A stretch of 64,000 bases of DNA from Candidatus Latescibacterota bacterium (GTDB lineage: Bacteria; Latescibacterota; UBA2968): assembly GCA_965116885.1 (NCBI GenBank), contig OZ220741.1, positions 2,432,001 through 2,496,000 of the forward strand, given 5' to 3'. The notes beneath the pieces are model-generated. The model searched no databases, was not told the DNA's origin, and saw only the letters and a program-made list of their open reading frames with translations. Positions 1-10,362 of the stretch are shown here, one piece after another. Position 1 is the stretch's first letter. Each line of letters starts with the position of its first letter. Position numbers and translations under genes: made by a program.

Positions 1-1189
1 TGGTGGTTTGAATATTTATACGACGCTTGATTTGTCTATGCAACAGGCTGCCGAGCGAGCCGTGGCCAGAGGGTTGGCCGATCTGGATGCGCGGCTGGGG
101 TTTTCAGATTATGGCAGTGCTTCATCTGATCAGCGCGCCGATTATGTACAGGGTGCGTTGATTTGCCTGGATCCGCGTACTGGATATGTCAAAGCTATGG
201 TGGGTGGGCGCGATATTTTTATCAGTTATTACAACCGGGCCACGCAAGCGCGGCGTCAACCGGGTTCAAGTTTTAAGCCTTTTGTGTATCTGGCGGCTTT
301 TGAAAGCGGTGCTTTTTCGCCGGTTACTCTTTTTCTTGATACGCTGCGCACCTATCGCGTGAATGATGAGGACTGGTCGCCCAGGAATTTTGCGGATAAA
401 TATCTGGGGCTTACCACTGCGGCGAATGCACTGGTCAAGTCGGCAAATGCGACGAGTGTGCAAATTGCAATGAAAATTGGTCCCGATCGCATTGTCGATC
501 TGGCGCAACGCCTGGGTATTCAGAGCGGGCTTAGACCGTATCCGAGTATTGCCCTGGGGGCGCAGGAAGTCACTTTGCTCGATATGGCTGTTGCCTATGG
601 CGCGATTGCGAGTTACGGTTTTCGCGTGATGCCGACATTTATCGCGCGGATTGAGGATGCTACAGGGCAAATACACTATGAGCATCGACCAGATCCCAGG
701 CTTGTTATCAATCCCGAACAGGCGGTGATTATGGTCAATTTGATGCAGCATGTTGTCAATCGCGGTACGGGGCGTGCAATTCGCGCGTTTGGGTTTCAGG
801 GTGCTGCTGCGGGGAAGACCGGTACGACAAATGACAATACGGATGCCTGGTTTACGGGGTTTACACCCGATCTGGTTGCGAGTGTGTGGATTGGTTTTGA
901 CAACCGCGAGGGCGGCCGTCGGCTGGTCGAGAGAAGGAGCAGACGCCAGATTACCGGTGGCAGTGGTGCGGCACCGATTTGGGCTGCGTTTATGAAGAGT
1001 GTAGGGAAACCGTCGCGGGATTTTATTACACCCGCAGGCGTTGCCGCGCATACTGTGAATTTACGAAGCGGTATTGCCGATACTTCTGATGGGGCTGTGA
1101 CCCTCGTCCTGCCCGAAGATGTTGCGCCCAATACGCCGGCAGATACATTGCGGTTTTTTAAGGAAATTGAGATGAAACAAGAACCCTAA
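1..1189 (+). CDS. Class A penicillin-binding protein (PBP1A family), transpeptidase C-terminal part; 5' end outside window
   Basis: SxxK (PGSSFKP), SxN (KSAN) and KTG (GKTGTTND) motifs; 'IYTTLD' and 'DAWFTGFTPDLV' typical of PBP1A. Confidence 0.9.
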   Translation, partial: GGLNIYTTLDLSMQQAAERAVARGLADLDARLGFSDYGSASSDQRADYVQGALICLDPRTGYVKAMVGGRDIFISYYNRATQARRQPGSSFKPFVYLAAFESGAFSPVTLFLDTLRTYRVNDEDWSPRNFADKYLGLTTAANALVKSANATSVQIAMKIGPDRIVDLAQRLGIQSGLRPYPSIALGAQEVTLLDMAVAYGAIASYGFRVMPTFIARIEDATGQIHYEHRPDPRLVINPEQAVIMVNLMQHVVNRGTGRAIRAFGFQGAAAGKTGTTNDNTDAWFTGFTPDLVASVWIGFDNREGGRRLVERRSRRQITGGSGAAPIWAAFMKSVGKPSRDFITPAGVAAHTVNLRSGIADTSDGAVTLVLPEDVAPNTPADTLRFFKEIEMKQEP

Positions 1190-1205
1190 CGCAAAAGGAG
1201 ACGCT

Positions 1206-2138
1206 ATGGAACCCTGGTCTTTTCTTCATATCTGCGATATGCAACCCGGTTCGCCCCGGTCCTTTCGGTTCAATCAGCGAAATATGGACAATTGGCAGAC
1301 GGCGTATCGGCAGATTCAAGGTATTACCGATGTCGATCTGATGCTCGTGGGGGGCGATCTCACGCGGGATGGGGCACTCCACGATTTTGAGTATGAGGTT
1401 GCCAAACGGGAACTCGATGCCTTGCCTTATCCGCATTACGCGATTCCCGGCAATATGGATACGTGCAACAAGCATACGGATAAAAATGGTGCTACCGGGC
1501 GCGAGGATATCCGTCTGAATGTCACCGCCGAGCAACTGGATCGGTTTGTGCCCTTTTTCGGCGATTTTCCCTGGAGCTTTGTACACAAGAATGTGCGCTT
1601 TAGCGGATTTTATGCGGCTGTGGCTGGTTCGGGATTGCCCCATGAGGCGCGTATGTGGCACTGGCTGGAGAGCGAGTTGCCGTCTCTTCCTCGCGCGGCG
1701 CATCACGTTGTGACGATGCATTATACCCTTTTTATGGATACGCTCGACGAACCCAAGTGGGATATTACAAAAGCGGATGAGTATAGAGACTGGTATTTTT
1801 CTATTGATCCGCCACACAGACAGCGCATTTTTGAGGCGTTTAAGAAATCCGATGTGTCCATTGTTTTGAGTGGACATATTCACTGCCGCCGTCCACCCCA
1901 GGTTGTTGAGGGTATTGCCTTTTACCGTTGCGCGGGTATAGCGATGCCTCAGGGGGCTGACCGATGGGACGATGGCGATCCCACGTTGGGGTTCTATCGT
2001 TTTGACGTGACAGATGCTGGGATAACCCCTACATTTATTCCTTTGACCGAGGAATCGCAATCCACCGAGGGTTATGGTCCAGGGGGTCATCCCAGACCAG
2101 AAGAGCGCGATTATTCGCTTGCGTGGGAGAAAAGTTAG
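1206..2138 (+). CDS. Calcineurin-like metallophosphoesterase
   Basis: HICDMQ, GGDLT, PGNMD, SGHIH motifs; AAGGAG RBS. Confidence 0.8.
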   Translation: MEPWSFLHICDMQPGSPRSFRFNQRNMDNWQTAYRQIQGITDVDLMLVGGDLTRDGALHDFEYEVAKRELDALPYPHYAIPGNMDTCNKHTDKNGATGREDIRLNVTAEQLDRFVPFFGDFPWSFVHKNVRFSGFYAAVAGSGLPHEARMWHWLESELPSLPRAAHHVVTMHYTLFMDTLDEPKWDITKADEYRDWYFSIDPPHRQRIFEAFKKSDVSIVLSGHIHCRRPPQVVEGIAFYRCAGIAMPQGADRWDDGDPTLGFYRFDVTDAGITPTFIPLTEESQSTEGYGPGGHPRPEERDYSLAWEKS

Positions 2139-2180
2139 AGGCTGGGGACTGGGGGCTGGAAATAAAAAGAGGAGTGTTTT

Positions 2181-3923
2181 ATGTCCGTTTTACATATTAC
2201 GTCACCTGCTGCCCCTCCTGAGTGGGCACTTTTGCAGCGCGAACTGATGCGCGCGCAGGCAACGGCGTGCGAGGTTTTTTATCATCGGTATTTCGACGTC
2301 CGGGGATATCTCAAGTGCATTCCGCGGTGGGGGGGGAACGATGGGCCAGATGATGCGATAGAGAATCTTACCGGGTATTCGATGGTGCATACGCTGGGTG
2401 GACCAACGCATATTCTCGATCTTTACAAGCAGGCGTGGGAAGGGCATATCGAACAGTATTCGGAGGCTAAAACCGAGGTTGTGCCTATCGGGCGTGACGG
2501 TATGTATTACAAGGAGTTTCCCGCGTGTTTCGACTGGTTCCACCACGGGGAGTCGCTCACCATTTTTAATTTACAGGGTCTGTCCGATCCGCATGAGGTC
2601 ACTTTTGGTCATCGCGTGCGTCGGTACGCTGGTTTTTATATGGATGAAGATCCCCAGGCGAAGAATTACGATCCCGATCACAAAGTAATCCGCAGTCTTT
2701 TCAATGGCAGTCGGGGACCTTTGTTGCGAAAAGCCACGGGTCTTGATTGGGCAGGCGATCCCTTTGAGGTTGAGGGGCGCTTTCCTGCGCCGCGCCACGG
2801 TGAGCGCAATTTTGAAGAGATGCTTATGCATTTTGAAGATTATACCGATGTGATTGGCGACCATCCCCTGAATCTGGCGGCGACTACGCTGGGTCTCAAT
2901 GCTTTTGCGCTGGCTGGTGAGGAGAAATACCGCTCATGGTTGCTGGGATACGTGGATGCGTGGGCTGATCGCGCGGCTGAGAATAACGGTATTCTTCCGT
3001 CCAATATCGGTCTTGACGGTACGATTGGCGGTGCGTGTGATGGCAAGTGGTATGGCGGCTGTTATGGCTGGGGATTTACTGTGGTTGTTCCGCAAACAGG
3101 CGCGCTTTCCAATCGCAATTCCATAGCCCGCGGCATTGCGGGTTTTGGCAATGCTTTGCTGCTGACGGGTGACCAGAAGTATCCCATTGTATGGCGTACG
3201 ATGATCAATGCGGTGAATAGCAATAGCAAGGATGTCGATGGGGAAATACAGTATCCGCATATGCACGGGGATGATGGCTGGTATAGCTATAGCTCCCAGC
3301 CCTTTAATCAGGGTGCGCTTGACGTGTACTACTGGACGATGGATGATGCCGATCTTGAGCACATTTCCTCAGATCCCTGGATAGATTATCTCCATGGGAA
3401 TAATCCCGATCATCCTGCGCGTACCTTGCGAAGTGCCTTGAGCGCGATTCGCGGGAAGATGGAAAATGTGCGCAATGATACGTCTTCCACGGATACCCGG
3501 TTGTCCGACGATCCATTGCCGTACAATCCCGCAACGACTGTGAATGCGCTTATACAACTCCAGCTCGGTGGTCTGGCGCCGCGTCACGGCGAACCCCTGC
3601 ATTGTCGCGTGCGTTATTTTGATCCCGAGAATCGCCGTCCTGGATTGCCAGCGGATGTGGCTGCTCTCGTCGAGTCGCTGACTGCGGATGGTGTTGTGCT
3701 GTCACTCGTGAATGTCAATCAGACCGAATACCGCGATCTCATTGTCCAGAGTGGGGCTTATGCCGAGCACCAGATTACTGCTGTGGAGGTTGATGGCAAT
3801 TCATCTGATCTCGATGCATCCTGGATGTCCGTTCGCCTTGGTCCCGGTTGCGGCGCGCGACTTGCACTTAAAACAGAACGCTATGTCAATTCGCCCACTT
3901 TTGCGTTTCCATGGGAGAGATAA
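2181..3923 (+). CDS. Conserved hypothetical protein (580 aa)
   Basis: Long ORF with AGGAG RBS, in the + strand gene run; no motif recognised. Confidence 0.75.
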   Translation: MSVLHITSPAAPPEWALLQRELMRAQATACEVFYHRYFDVRGYLKCIPRWGGNDGPDDAIENLTGYSMVHTLGGPTHILDLYKQAWEGHIEQYSEAKTEVVPIGRDGMYYKEFPACFDWFHHGESLTIFNLQGLSDPHEVTFGHRVRRYAGFYMDEDPQAKNYDPDHKVIRSLFNGSRGPLLRKATGLDWAGDPFEVEGRFPAPRHGERNFEEMLMHFEDYTDVIGDHPLNLAATTLGLNAFALAGEEKYRSWLLGYVDAWADRAAENNGILPSNIGLDGTIGGACDGKWYGGCYGWGFTVVVPQTGALSNRNSIARGIAGFGNALLLTGDQKYPIVWRTMINAVNSNSKDVDGEIQYPHMHGDDGWYSYSSQPFNQGALDVYYWTMDDADLEHISSDPWIDYLHGNNPDHPARTLRSALSAIRGKMENVRNDTSSTDTRLSDDPLPYNPATTVNALIQLQLGGLAPRHGEPLHCRVRYFDPENRRPGLPADVAALVESLTADGVVLSLVNVNQTEYRDLIVQSGAYAEHQITAVEVDGNSSDLDASWMSVRLGPGCGARLALKTERYVNSPTFAFPWER

Positions 3924-3951
3924 ATTCAGAAATCAATAAAAGGAGTTTCTT

Positions 3952-4902
3952 ATGTCCAGGATTAATGTCGGTCTTGCCCGCCGCGAAAATCGCCGCCAGA
4001 ATGTGTTTGGTGCTCTCGATCTCATCCGCGATGATGTGGTTCCCAAACTCGCTGAGCAGGTGATGCTCAAACCCAATTTTCTTTCGTCTAAAAATCAACT
4101 GGCGTCTTCTCATCCCGATGCGATGCGAGGGGCTATTGATTTTTTGCTTACTACGCCCAAGCCACCGGATGAGATTCTCATTGCCGAGGGGGGTAACGAA
4201 GATATTCCGGGAGAGGCGTTTGATAATTTCGGGTATCACGCTTTGAAAGAAGAATACGATGTTCCCATTCGACTTATTGATCTCAATTCTGAGACCCGGT
4301 GGGAGACTGTGCCGATTCTCCTCGATGATCGTACGGAATACGTTATACATATGCCCAAGACCGTGTTGGAGTGTCCCTGCACGATTTCAATGGCGGTTGC
4401 TAAGACACACGATGTTACGGTTGTTACGCTCGCGCTCAAGAATATGATTATGGGTACGATTCGCAAAGAGGACCGGGTTAAGATGCACGGGTTTCCCTCG
4501 CATCCAGAACGCCTGCGTCCCAATGAGTCCAAACGCCTCAATGTTAATCTCATTCGGCTCGCCAAATACCTGGCACCGGATATCGGCGTGATCGATGGTA
4601 CTGTGGGTTTGCAGGGTAATGGTCCTGGGGGAACGGATTCGGTTGATCTGGGCGTTGCCGCGGCGAGTGTAGATGTTTTTGCTGTGGATGCGGTTATGAC
4701 CAGTGTTATGGGTTTTGAACCGGCGAAGCAGGGGCTTCTCTATTATGCCAATCAACTCGGTATTGGTGTGACGGATCTCAACAATATCAATATTCTCGGA
4801 ACTGCTATCGAAGATGTCGCCAGAGCGTTCAAGCCCCATAAGTGGATCGAAGAACAACGCCAGTGGCACGAACCAAATGCGATGGCCGATATTTTTGCCT
4901 GA
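3952..4902 (+). CDS. DUF362 domain protein
   Basis: MLKPN, AVAKTH..VTLALKN, DG..GLQGNGP, DVFAVD motifs; AAGGAG RBS. Confidence 0.8.
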   Translation: MSRINVGLARRENRRQNVFGALDLIRDDVVPKLAEQVMLKPNFLSSKNQLASSHPDAMRGAIDFLLTTPKPPDEILIAEGGNEDIPGEAFDNFGYHALKEEYDVPIRLIDLNSETRWETVPILLDDRTEYVIHMPKTVLECPCTISMAVAKTHDVTVVTLALKNMIMGTIRKEDRVKMHGFPSHPERLRPNESKRLNVNLIRLAKYLAPDIGVIDGTVGLQGNGPGGTDSVDLGVAAASVDVFAVDAVMTSVMGFEPAKQGLLYYANQLGIGVTDLNNINILGTAIEDVARAFKPHKWIEEQRQWHEPNAMADIFA

Positions 4903-4931
4903 TTGCGCTCTCGATAGTACAGGAGTTCTTC

Positions 4932-6002
4932 TTGCCTACTATTGTTCTTATTGGCGGTGGTACCGCAGGGCATGTTACGCCCAATATTGCGCTGTTGCCC
5001 GCTTTGCGCGATGCTGGATACGATGTGCGTTATATCGGTACGCGGGATGGTATTGAGCAAGAACTGATCGCACGGGAGGGCGTTTCCTATTACGCTGTTC
5101 CCGCAGGCAAACTCCGCCGCTATCTGGATTGGCAAAATTTTACCGATCTGGCCCGCATCAAGTTTGGGTTTCTCAAGTCGCTGTTGCTTCTCGTTCGTAT
5201 CAGACCCGATATCATTTTTAGTAAGGGGGGATTTGTTACGCCGCCTATTATCTGGGCTGCGTGGTTGCTGGGTATTCCCGTGGTGTGTCACGAGTCAGAT
5301 CTCACGCCGGGGTTGGCCAATAAGCTTTCTCTTCCATTTGCAAAGCGCATTTGCTATGCTTTTGCTGAGACAGCTAAATATTTGCCCGGTGGAAAAGCGA
5401 TTCATACGGGTATCCCGGTTCGGACAGAGCTGGGAGATGGAGATGCCCAAAAAGGACGCGATTTTTGCGCTTTTATATCTGGGAAACCCGTTATTCTCGT
5501 TATGGGAGGGAGCCTGGGGTCGCGTGCGATTAATGAGGCGGTTCGCGCTGCGCTCCCCGATTTGCTTGCTGAGTACCAGATTTGCCATTTGTGCGGGCAG
5601 GGCAATCTCGATTCGGCTCTTGAACAGACCGAAGGCTACGCGCAGTTTGAATATGTCGCGGATGACTTGCCGCATCTTTTTGCGGCGGCCGATTTTGTTG
5701 TTTCTCGCGCAGGTGCTACCGCGCTTTTTGAATTTCTTTCGCTCCAGAAACCCGCGCTTTTGATTCCCCTTTCCCTGCAAGCCAGTCGCGGAGATCAGAT
5801 CGAGAATGCCAGGGCATTCCGAAATGCCGGTTATAGTCTCGTGCTTTCAGAAGAGGGGCTTACGCCGGATGTGCTTTGCAAAGCGATTCGCGATTTGTGC
5901 GATCAAAGCGATGCGCTGCGTCGATCTATGTCCGAGTGGCGCCAGCGCGACGCTGTTGCGGAAATTCTCTCAATCCTCGCCGATTGTCTGAATAAGAATT
6001 GA
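4932..6002 (+). CDS. murG: Undecaprenyl-PP-MurNAc-pentapeptide GlcNAc transferase MurG
   Basis: GGGTAGHV, KGGFV, HESD, GGSLGS, SRAGA, DQIENA motifs; probable TTG start at 4932 after AGGAG. Confidence 0.92.
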   Translation: MPTIVLIGGGTAGHVTPNIALLPALRDAGYDVRYIGTRDGIEQELIAREGVSYYAVPAGKLRRYLDWQNFTDLARIKFGFLKSLLLLVRIRPDIIFSKGGFVTPPIIWAAWLLGIPVVCHESDLTPGLANKLSLPFAKRICYAFAETAKYLPGGKAIHTGIPVRTELGDGDAQKGRDFCAFISGKPVILVMGGSLGSRAINEAVRAALPDLLAEYQICHLCGQGNLDSALEQTEGYAQFEYVADDLPHLFAAADFVVSRAGATALFEFLSLQKPALLIPLSLQASRGDQIENARAFRNAGYSLVLSEEGLTPDVLCKAIRDLCDQSDALRRSMSEWRQRDAVAEILSILADCLNKN

Positions 6003-6007
6003 GTTCT

Positions 6008-7978
6008 ATGGCACAAGAAAGACATCCATCTGTTGAACCCACCCGGTTTGTAAGAGAAGCCGTTACGCTGAAGTCCATTTTGGTGGGTATTGTGGTCATT
6101 CTGCTATCCGATGTCTATATCACCTGGGGCATGGTGCATCTGGCGTCTCGTATGAATAAGTCCTATCTGCCGATGGGGCTGTTTTTTGTGTATGTGGTTC
6201 TGGTGTTGGTAAATATCGCGTTTGACCGGGCAAAGAGCAGGTGGGCACTTTCGCAGGCTGAGTTGCAAGTTGCGCTCGGTATGGGGTTGATTGGGGCGTT
6301 TTTCCCATTTTTTGGTCTGGCGAGTTTTTTGCCCACGGTGATTGCGGCGCCTTTTTATCTGGATACGCCAGAGAATGGATGGCGCGAGCTTTTGCACGAG
6401 CATATTCCCAGATGGATTGTTTTGCACAATGAAGATGGGGCAGCTACGCTGTTTTACGAGGGTCTCGCGCCGCATCAGCCGATTCCGTGGGGTGCGTGGG
6501 TGGTGCCGCTTTTCTGGTGGGGGTCGTTAATTTTTGCCATTGGCTGGTTGACGTTGTGTATTATGGTAATTTTGCGGAAGCAGTGGGTGGAGAATGAGCG
6601 GTTGGAATATCCGCTGATGAATGTGAGTATTAAGATGGCTGCCGGGTCAGATGATGCGGAGGGGATTGCGCACATGGTTCGGCAGCGTGGGTTTAAGGTT
6701 GGTTGTTTTCTGGGTGCTATAGCTGTTTTGTGGAATATTGTGACGTTTTTTTATCCTTTGATACCGCGTTTGCCCACGACGCCAAATGCCGCCAGTTGGT
6801 TGCGCTGGATGGAGGGCGCGCCGACGTTCTGGGTGCAGATCAGTATTTATATTATCGGCTTTGCGTATTTTGCGCGGGTGGAGGCGCTGTTCAGTTTTTG
6901 GGTGTTTTTTGTTTTGACGGGTATTGAGATGTCCGTGTTTGACCGTCTCGGTGTGGGGTCTTCTGTTGGGCAAGGGGGATTGGAGGCGGTTCGGTCTCAG
7001 AGTTTTGGCGCGTTTGTGATGATTGTGCTGGTGAGTTTGTGGATGTCGCGGGGGCATTTGAAGGCGGTGTTTCGTAAGGCATTTAAGGGTGATGCCGAGG
7101 TCGATGATTCTCGGGAGGTGTTGTCTTATCGGACAGCGGTGTTTGGTCTGGGGATTGGGCTTCTTTTTGTGGGGGGATGGTTGCATTTGGCGGGTATGGA
7201 ATTGAAGGTGCTGGTGCTTTATATGTTTTTTGCTGTGGTAGCCTATATCGGCTTGTCGCGGATTGTGGCTGAGATGGGGTTGCCCTATGCAAATATTTCG
7301 GATACGGCACTGAATTTCGCGCCTATTTATATTTTGGGGTCGCGTGCAATTTCAGCACCTTCTATGGTGAGTCAGGGGTTTATTTATGCGCTGTTCGCCA
7401 CGACGCGCGGGTTTCTCGGTCCGCCTCTGGCGCAGACGCTGAAGTTGACGAGTGGGTTGAAGTTTCGAAGGAATCGCTTGATCGGTGCGATTGCTATTGC
7501 ATTGGTGTTGGGGTTTTTCGTATCCATCGGCGATACGGTTTATACTGCTTATCGGCACGGCGGATATAATCTGGGGGGGCTGACGAGGGTGGCGGGCGTT
7601 CGGAATAATTATCAAAGGGCCGTGACGTGGATCCGCAATCCCAAACCACCGGATTGGGATCGGCTCACGTTTGCCGGGTCTGGGATGGCGATTGTGTTGT
7701 TGTTGACTTTTTTGCGCTATAACTTTATCTGGTGGCCTTTGCCCGCTGTTGGTCTGGCACTGCAGGGTATGTATATGGCGCGTCGTCTGGTGTTTCCGGT
7801 TTTTATGGTGTGGGTCTATAAGTCGCTTATTCTGAAGTTTGGGGGCGTTGGGATGTACCGCAGGGGGCAGCCGTTTTTTATTGGTTTGATGGTGGGTTAT
7901 GCTTTTGCGGTGTTTTTCTCGACTTTGATCGATCATCTCTTTTTTTATGGGCACGGTCATGTGGTGCATGATTTTTGA
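6008..7978 (+). CDS. Large polytopic membrane protein, DUF6785/DUF6784 putative transporter family
   Basis: Many hydrophobic helices; 'RKQWVENERLEYP', 'SRIVAEMG', 'WWPL' segments typical of this family. Confidence 0.7.
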   Translation: MAQERHPSVEPTRFVREAVTLKSILVGIVVILLSDVYITWGMVHLASRMNKSYLPMGLFFVYVVLVLVNIAFDRAKSRWALSQAELQVALGMGLIGAFFPFFGLASFLPTVIAAPFYLDTPENGWRELLHEHIPRWIVLHNEDGAATLFYEGLAPHQPIPWGAWVVPLFWWGSLIFAIGWLTLCIMVILRKQWVENERLEYPLMNVSIKMAAGSDDAEGIAHMVRQRGFKVGCFLGAIAVLWNIVTFFYPLIPRLPTTPNAASWLRWMEGAPTFWVQISIYIIGFAYFARVEALFSFWVFFVLTGIEMSVFDRLGVGSSVGQGGLEAVRSQSFGAFVMIVLVSLWMSRGHLKAVFRKAFKGDAEVDDSREVLSYRTAVFGLGIGLLFVGGWLHLAGMELKVLVLYMFFAVVAYIGLSRIVAEMGLPYANISDTALNFAPIYILGSRAISAPSMVSQGFIYALFATTRGFLGPPLAQTLKLTSGLKFRRNRLIGAIAIALVLGFFVSIGDTVYTAYRHGGYNLGGLTRVAGVRNNYQRAVTWIRNPKPPDWDRLTFAGSGMAIVLLLTFLRYNFIWWPLPAVGLALQGMYMARRLVFPVFMVWVYKSLILKFGGVGMYRRGQPFFIGLMVGYAFAVFFSTLIDHLFFYGHGHVVHDF

Positions 7979-8000
7979 GAGAAAACAATAGGAGGAAATC

Positions 8001-8897
8001 ATGGGAAAGAAACGGATTAACAGATGTATCGAGCTTCTCGAACAGGGCGAGTATCTCTATTATACGGGTGCTGGCCCTCTTACGTATGAGAATGGGAAGA
8101 AGCAGGCGGGGACATGGGCGGATTTTTTGATGGTGGATTACGAGCACAGTCCGTTTGATGTGGTTGGTCTTCGCGCGTTTATGCAGGGGCTGGTGGATGG
8201 CGGTCCCACAAATTCGGGACATCGCACGCCGACTGTGTTTGCGACGTTGCCGTCCAATTGTCGCACTGTGCATGAGGTTCGCGCCAATGCGTGGCAGGTC
8301 AGGCATGTTTTGAGTGCGGGGGTACACGGTATTTTGCATACGCATGCGAGACAGGCCGATGCGGTGAGGGCGTTTGTCGAGGAGTGCAGGTATCCCTTCC
8401 AGACAGCTGGGCTGGATCGCGGGCTGGTGCAGGGGCAGCGCGGGGCGGGTGGTCAGGGATATGCTGCGGGTATCTGGGGGCTTAAAGGACCGGAGTACAC
8501 GCAGGTAGCGGATCCGTGGCCGCTGAATCCAGATGGTGAGTTGATGCTGGGGCTTAAAATTGAGGACAGGGAGTGCGTTGCAAATGCCGAGTATATATGC
8601 AAGGTGCCGGGGCTGGCATTTGCGGAGTGGGGACCGGGGGATATGGGCATGTCCTACGGTTTTGCCGATGCACACGATCCGCCGTATCCGCCGGTTATGG
8701 AGGAGGCGCGAAGTATTGTGAAGGGTGCGTGTGATGAGAATGGGATCCATTTTTTGTGTTCGTGGAAGGATTCTTCAAAGAGTGCGGAAGAGAATATTCG
8801 GTTTTTGATGGATTGGGGCGTCAGGATTCTCTCTGGTGGGGGAGAAGATCAGGCGCGTATCGGTCGCGCGATTTCAGGTAGGCAGATGCCTGTGTGA
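8001..8897 (+). CDS. HpcH/HpaI aldolase/citrate lyase family protein
   Basis: VDYEHSP, KIED, EWGPGDMGMS motifs. Confidence 0.8.
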   Translation: MGKKRINRCIELLEQGEYLYYTGAGPLTYENGKKQAGTWADFLMVDYEHSPFDVVGLRAFMQGLVDGGPTNSGHRTPTVFATLPSNCRTVHEVRANAWQVRHVLSAGVHGILHTHARQADAVRAFVEECRYPFQTAGLDRGLVQGQRGAGGQGYAAGIWGLKGPEYTQVADPWPLNPDGELMLGLKIEDRECVANAEYICKVPGLAFAEWGPGDMGMSYGFADAHDPPYPPVMEEARSIVKGACDENGIHFLCSWKDSSKSAEENIRFLMDWGVRILSGGGEDQARIGRAISGRQMPV

Positions 8898-8911
8898 GGG
8901 AGGAGAGATCG

Positions 8912-10351
8912 ATGGGAAAGAAGCCCAATATTCTGTTCATTTTTAGCGATCAACACCGCCACGATGTGCTCGGCTGTGCCGGGCATCCGTTGGTTCAGAC
9001 GCCGAATCTGGATCGATTGGCGGATTGGGGCATGCGTTTTGAGCGGACGTGGACGCAGTGTCCGGTTTGTATGCCGTGCAGGGCTACGATGATTACGGGG
9101 CGATATACGCATGAGTTGGGGTTTACGTCTAATGTTACGGCTGATCGCGGGGATACGGTTGATGATAGTCCTTTTAAGTCCGCATGGCCGACGATTATGA
9201 AGCAGTTGCAGGGCGGGGGGTATGAGACTGCGTCGATTGGCAAGACGCATTATCACGGGCGGCCCGGTTCTCAGGAGGCGGGAGAACGCGGGGAGCGTTT
9301 CGATACGCGGCAGTTTGGGGATTATGTGAAAGGTTTTGGGTGGGATTATGTGATGGAGGAATACGACCGGTATGGACATGTTCAGAGCCATGTGAAAAGT
9401 CCGTATATGGATTTTCTCGAAGCGCGAGGGCTTCTGGAGGCACATCAGGAACAGATCAGAGGGATTTACAGGCTTACGCCCACGCACTGGCGAGGCGAGA
9501 CGAGTGTGTTGCCGCAAGAGTGCGAGTTGTCCAGTTTTATTGCCGATCACGCGATGGATTGGTTGCAGTCGCGCGATTCCGAGAAGCCGTTTTATCTTCA
9601 TCTGGGTTTTGTGCAGCCGCATGTTCCGCTGATGGATGACCCGATTTGGGCGGCTTATTATGCAGATGCGGATATCGAATTGCCGGATATGACGATGCCG
9701 AGCGCCACGAATGAGGTTTGGGCAGGAAAGGTCGAACGGCTCAAGGGGCATTCTCAGGTTCAGACGATGACGGATGATTTTGTGCGCGAGGGCATCAGGC
9801 ATTATCTGGGTGCTGTTTCTCTGGTTGATCAGAAGATTGGCGAGGTGATTGATACGCTGGATGCGTTGGGGGAACTGGATAATACGTGGATTATTTACAG
9901 CGCGGACCACGGCGAGATGCTCGGCGAACACCATTTGTGGGCAAAGCACTGTTTTTACGAGGGTTCGGTTCAGGTTCCGCTGATTGTCAGTCCGCCGGAT
10001 CGCAAGAGCAGAGGGGTTTGTGGCGATCTCACGCAGTTGATCGATGTGGTTTCGACAATTGCAGATATTGGGCAGGTGGAACCGCCCGAATGTGCCCGCG
10101 GGCAGTCTTTGTTGCCGTTGTTGGAACGCGGTTCTGGTGGATATGAGTATGTGTTTTCGACGATTGAGGATTGGACCGGGGTGCGGAATGAAGGCTATCG
10201 CTTTACGCTGCATGTTCCAACGGAGACGCCCTGTGAGTTGTACGATCTGGCGAGAGATCCGGGCGAGTTGAATAATTGTGTGGAAGATCCCGCCTATGGG
10301 GAAGTCGTGGCTGAACTGAGAGAGGTCGTTTTGGACCATCGCGCGGGTTGA
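8912..10351 (+). CDS. Formylglycine-dependent sulfatase
   Basis: KPNILFIFSDQHR, CxPxR (CMPCR) + TGRY, GKTH, PHVP, SADHGEMLG motifs. Confidence 0.92.
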   Translation: MGKKPNILFIFSDQHRHDVLGCAGHPLVQTPNLDRLADWGMRFERTWTQCPVCMPCRATMITGRYTHELGFTSNVTADRGDTVDDSPFKSAWPTIMKQLQGGGYETASIGKTHYHGRPGSQEAGERGERFDTRQFGDYVKGFGWDYVMEEYDRYGHVQSHVKSPYMDFLEARGLLEAHQEQIRGIYRLTPTHWRGETSVLPQECELSSFIADHAMDWLQSRDSEKPFYLHLGFVQPHVPLMDDPIWAAYYADADIELPDMTMPSATNEVWAGKVERLKGHSQVQTMTDDFVREGIRHYLGAVSLVDQKIGEVIDTLDALGELDNTWIIYSADHGEMLGEHHLWAKHCFYEGSVQVPLIVSPPDRKSRGVCGDLTQLIDVVSTIADIGQVEPPECARGQSLLPLLERGSGGYEYVFSTIEDWTGVRNEGYRFTLHVPTETPCELYDLARDPGELNNCVEDPAYGEVVAELREVVLDHRAG

Positions 10352-10362
10352 GGTCTGTATAG

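Noticed and set aside
8849..10339. Long antisense ORFs (also 266..1051, 1158..2090, 12176..13042, 35563..36336)
   Set aside because: Shadow frames opposite genes with clear family motifs
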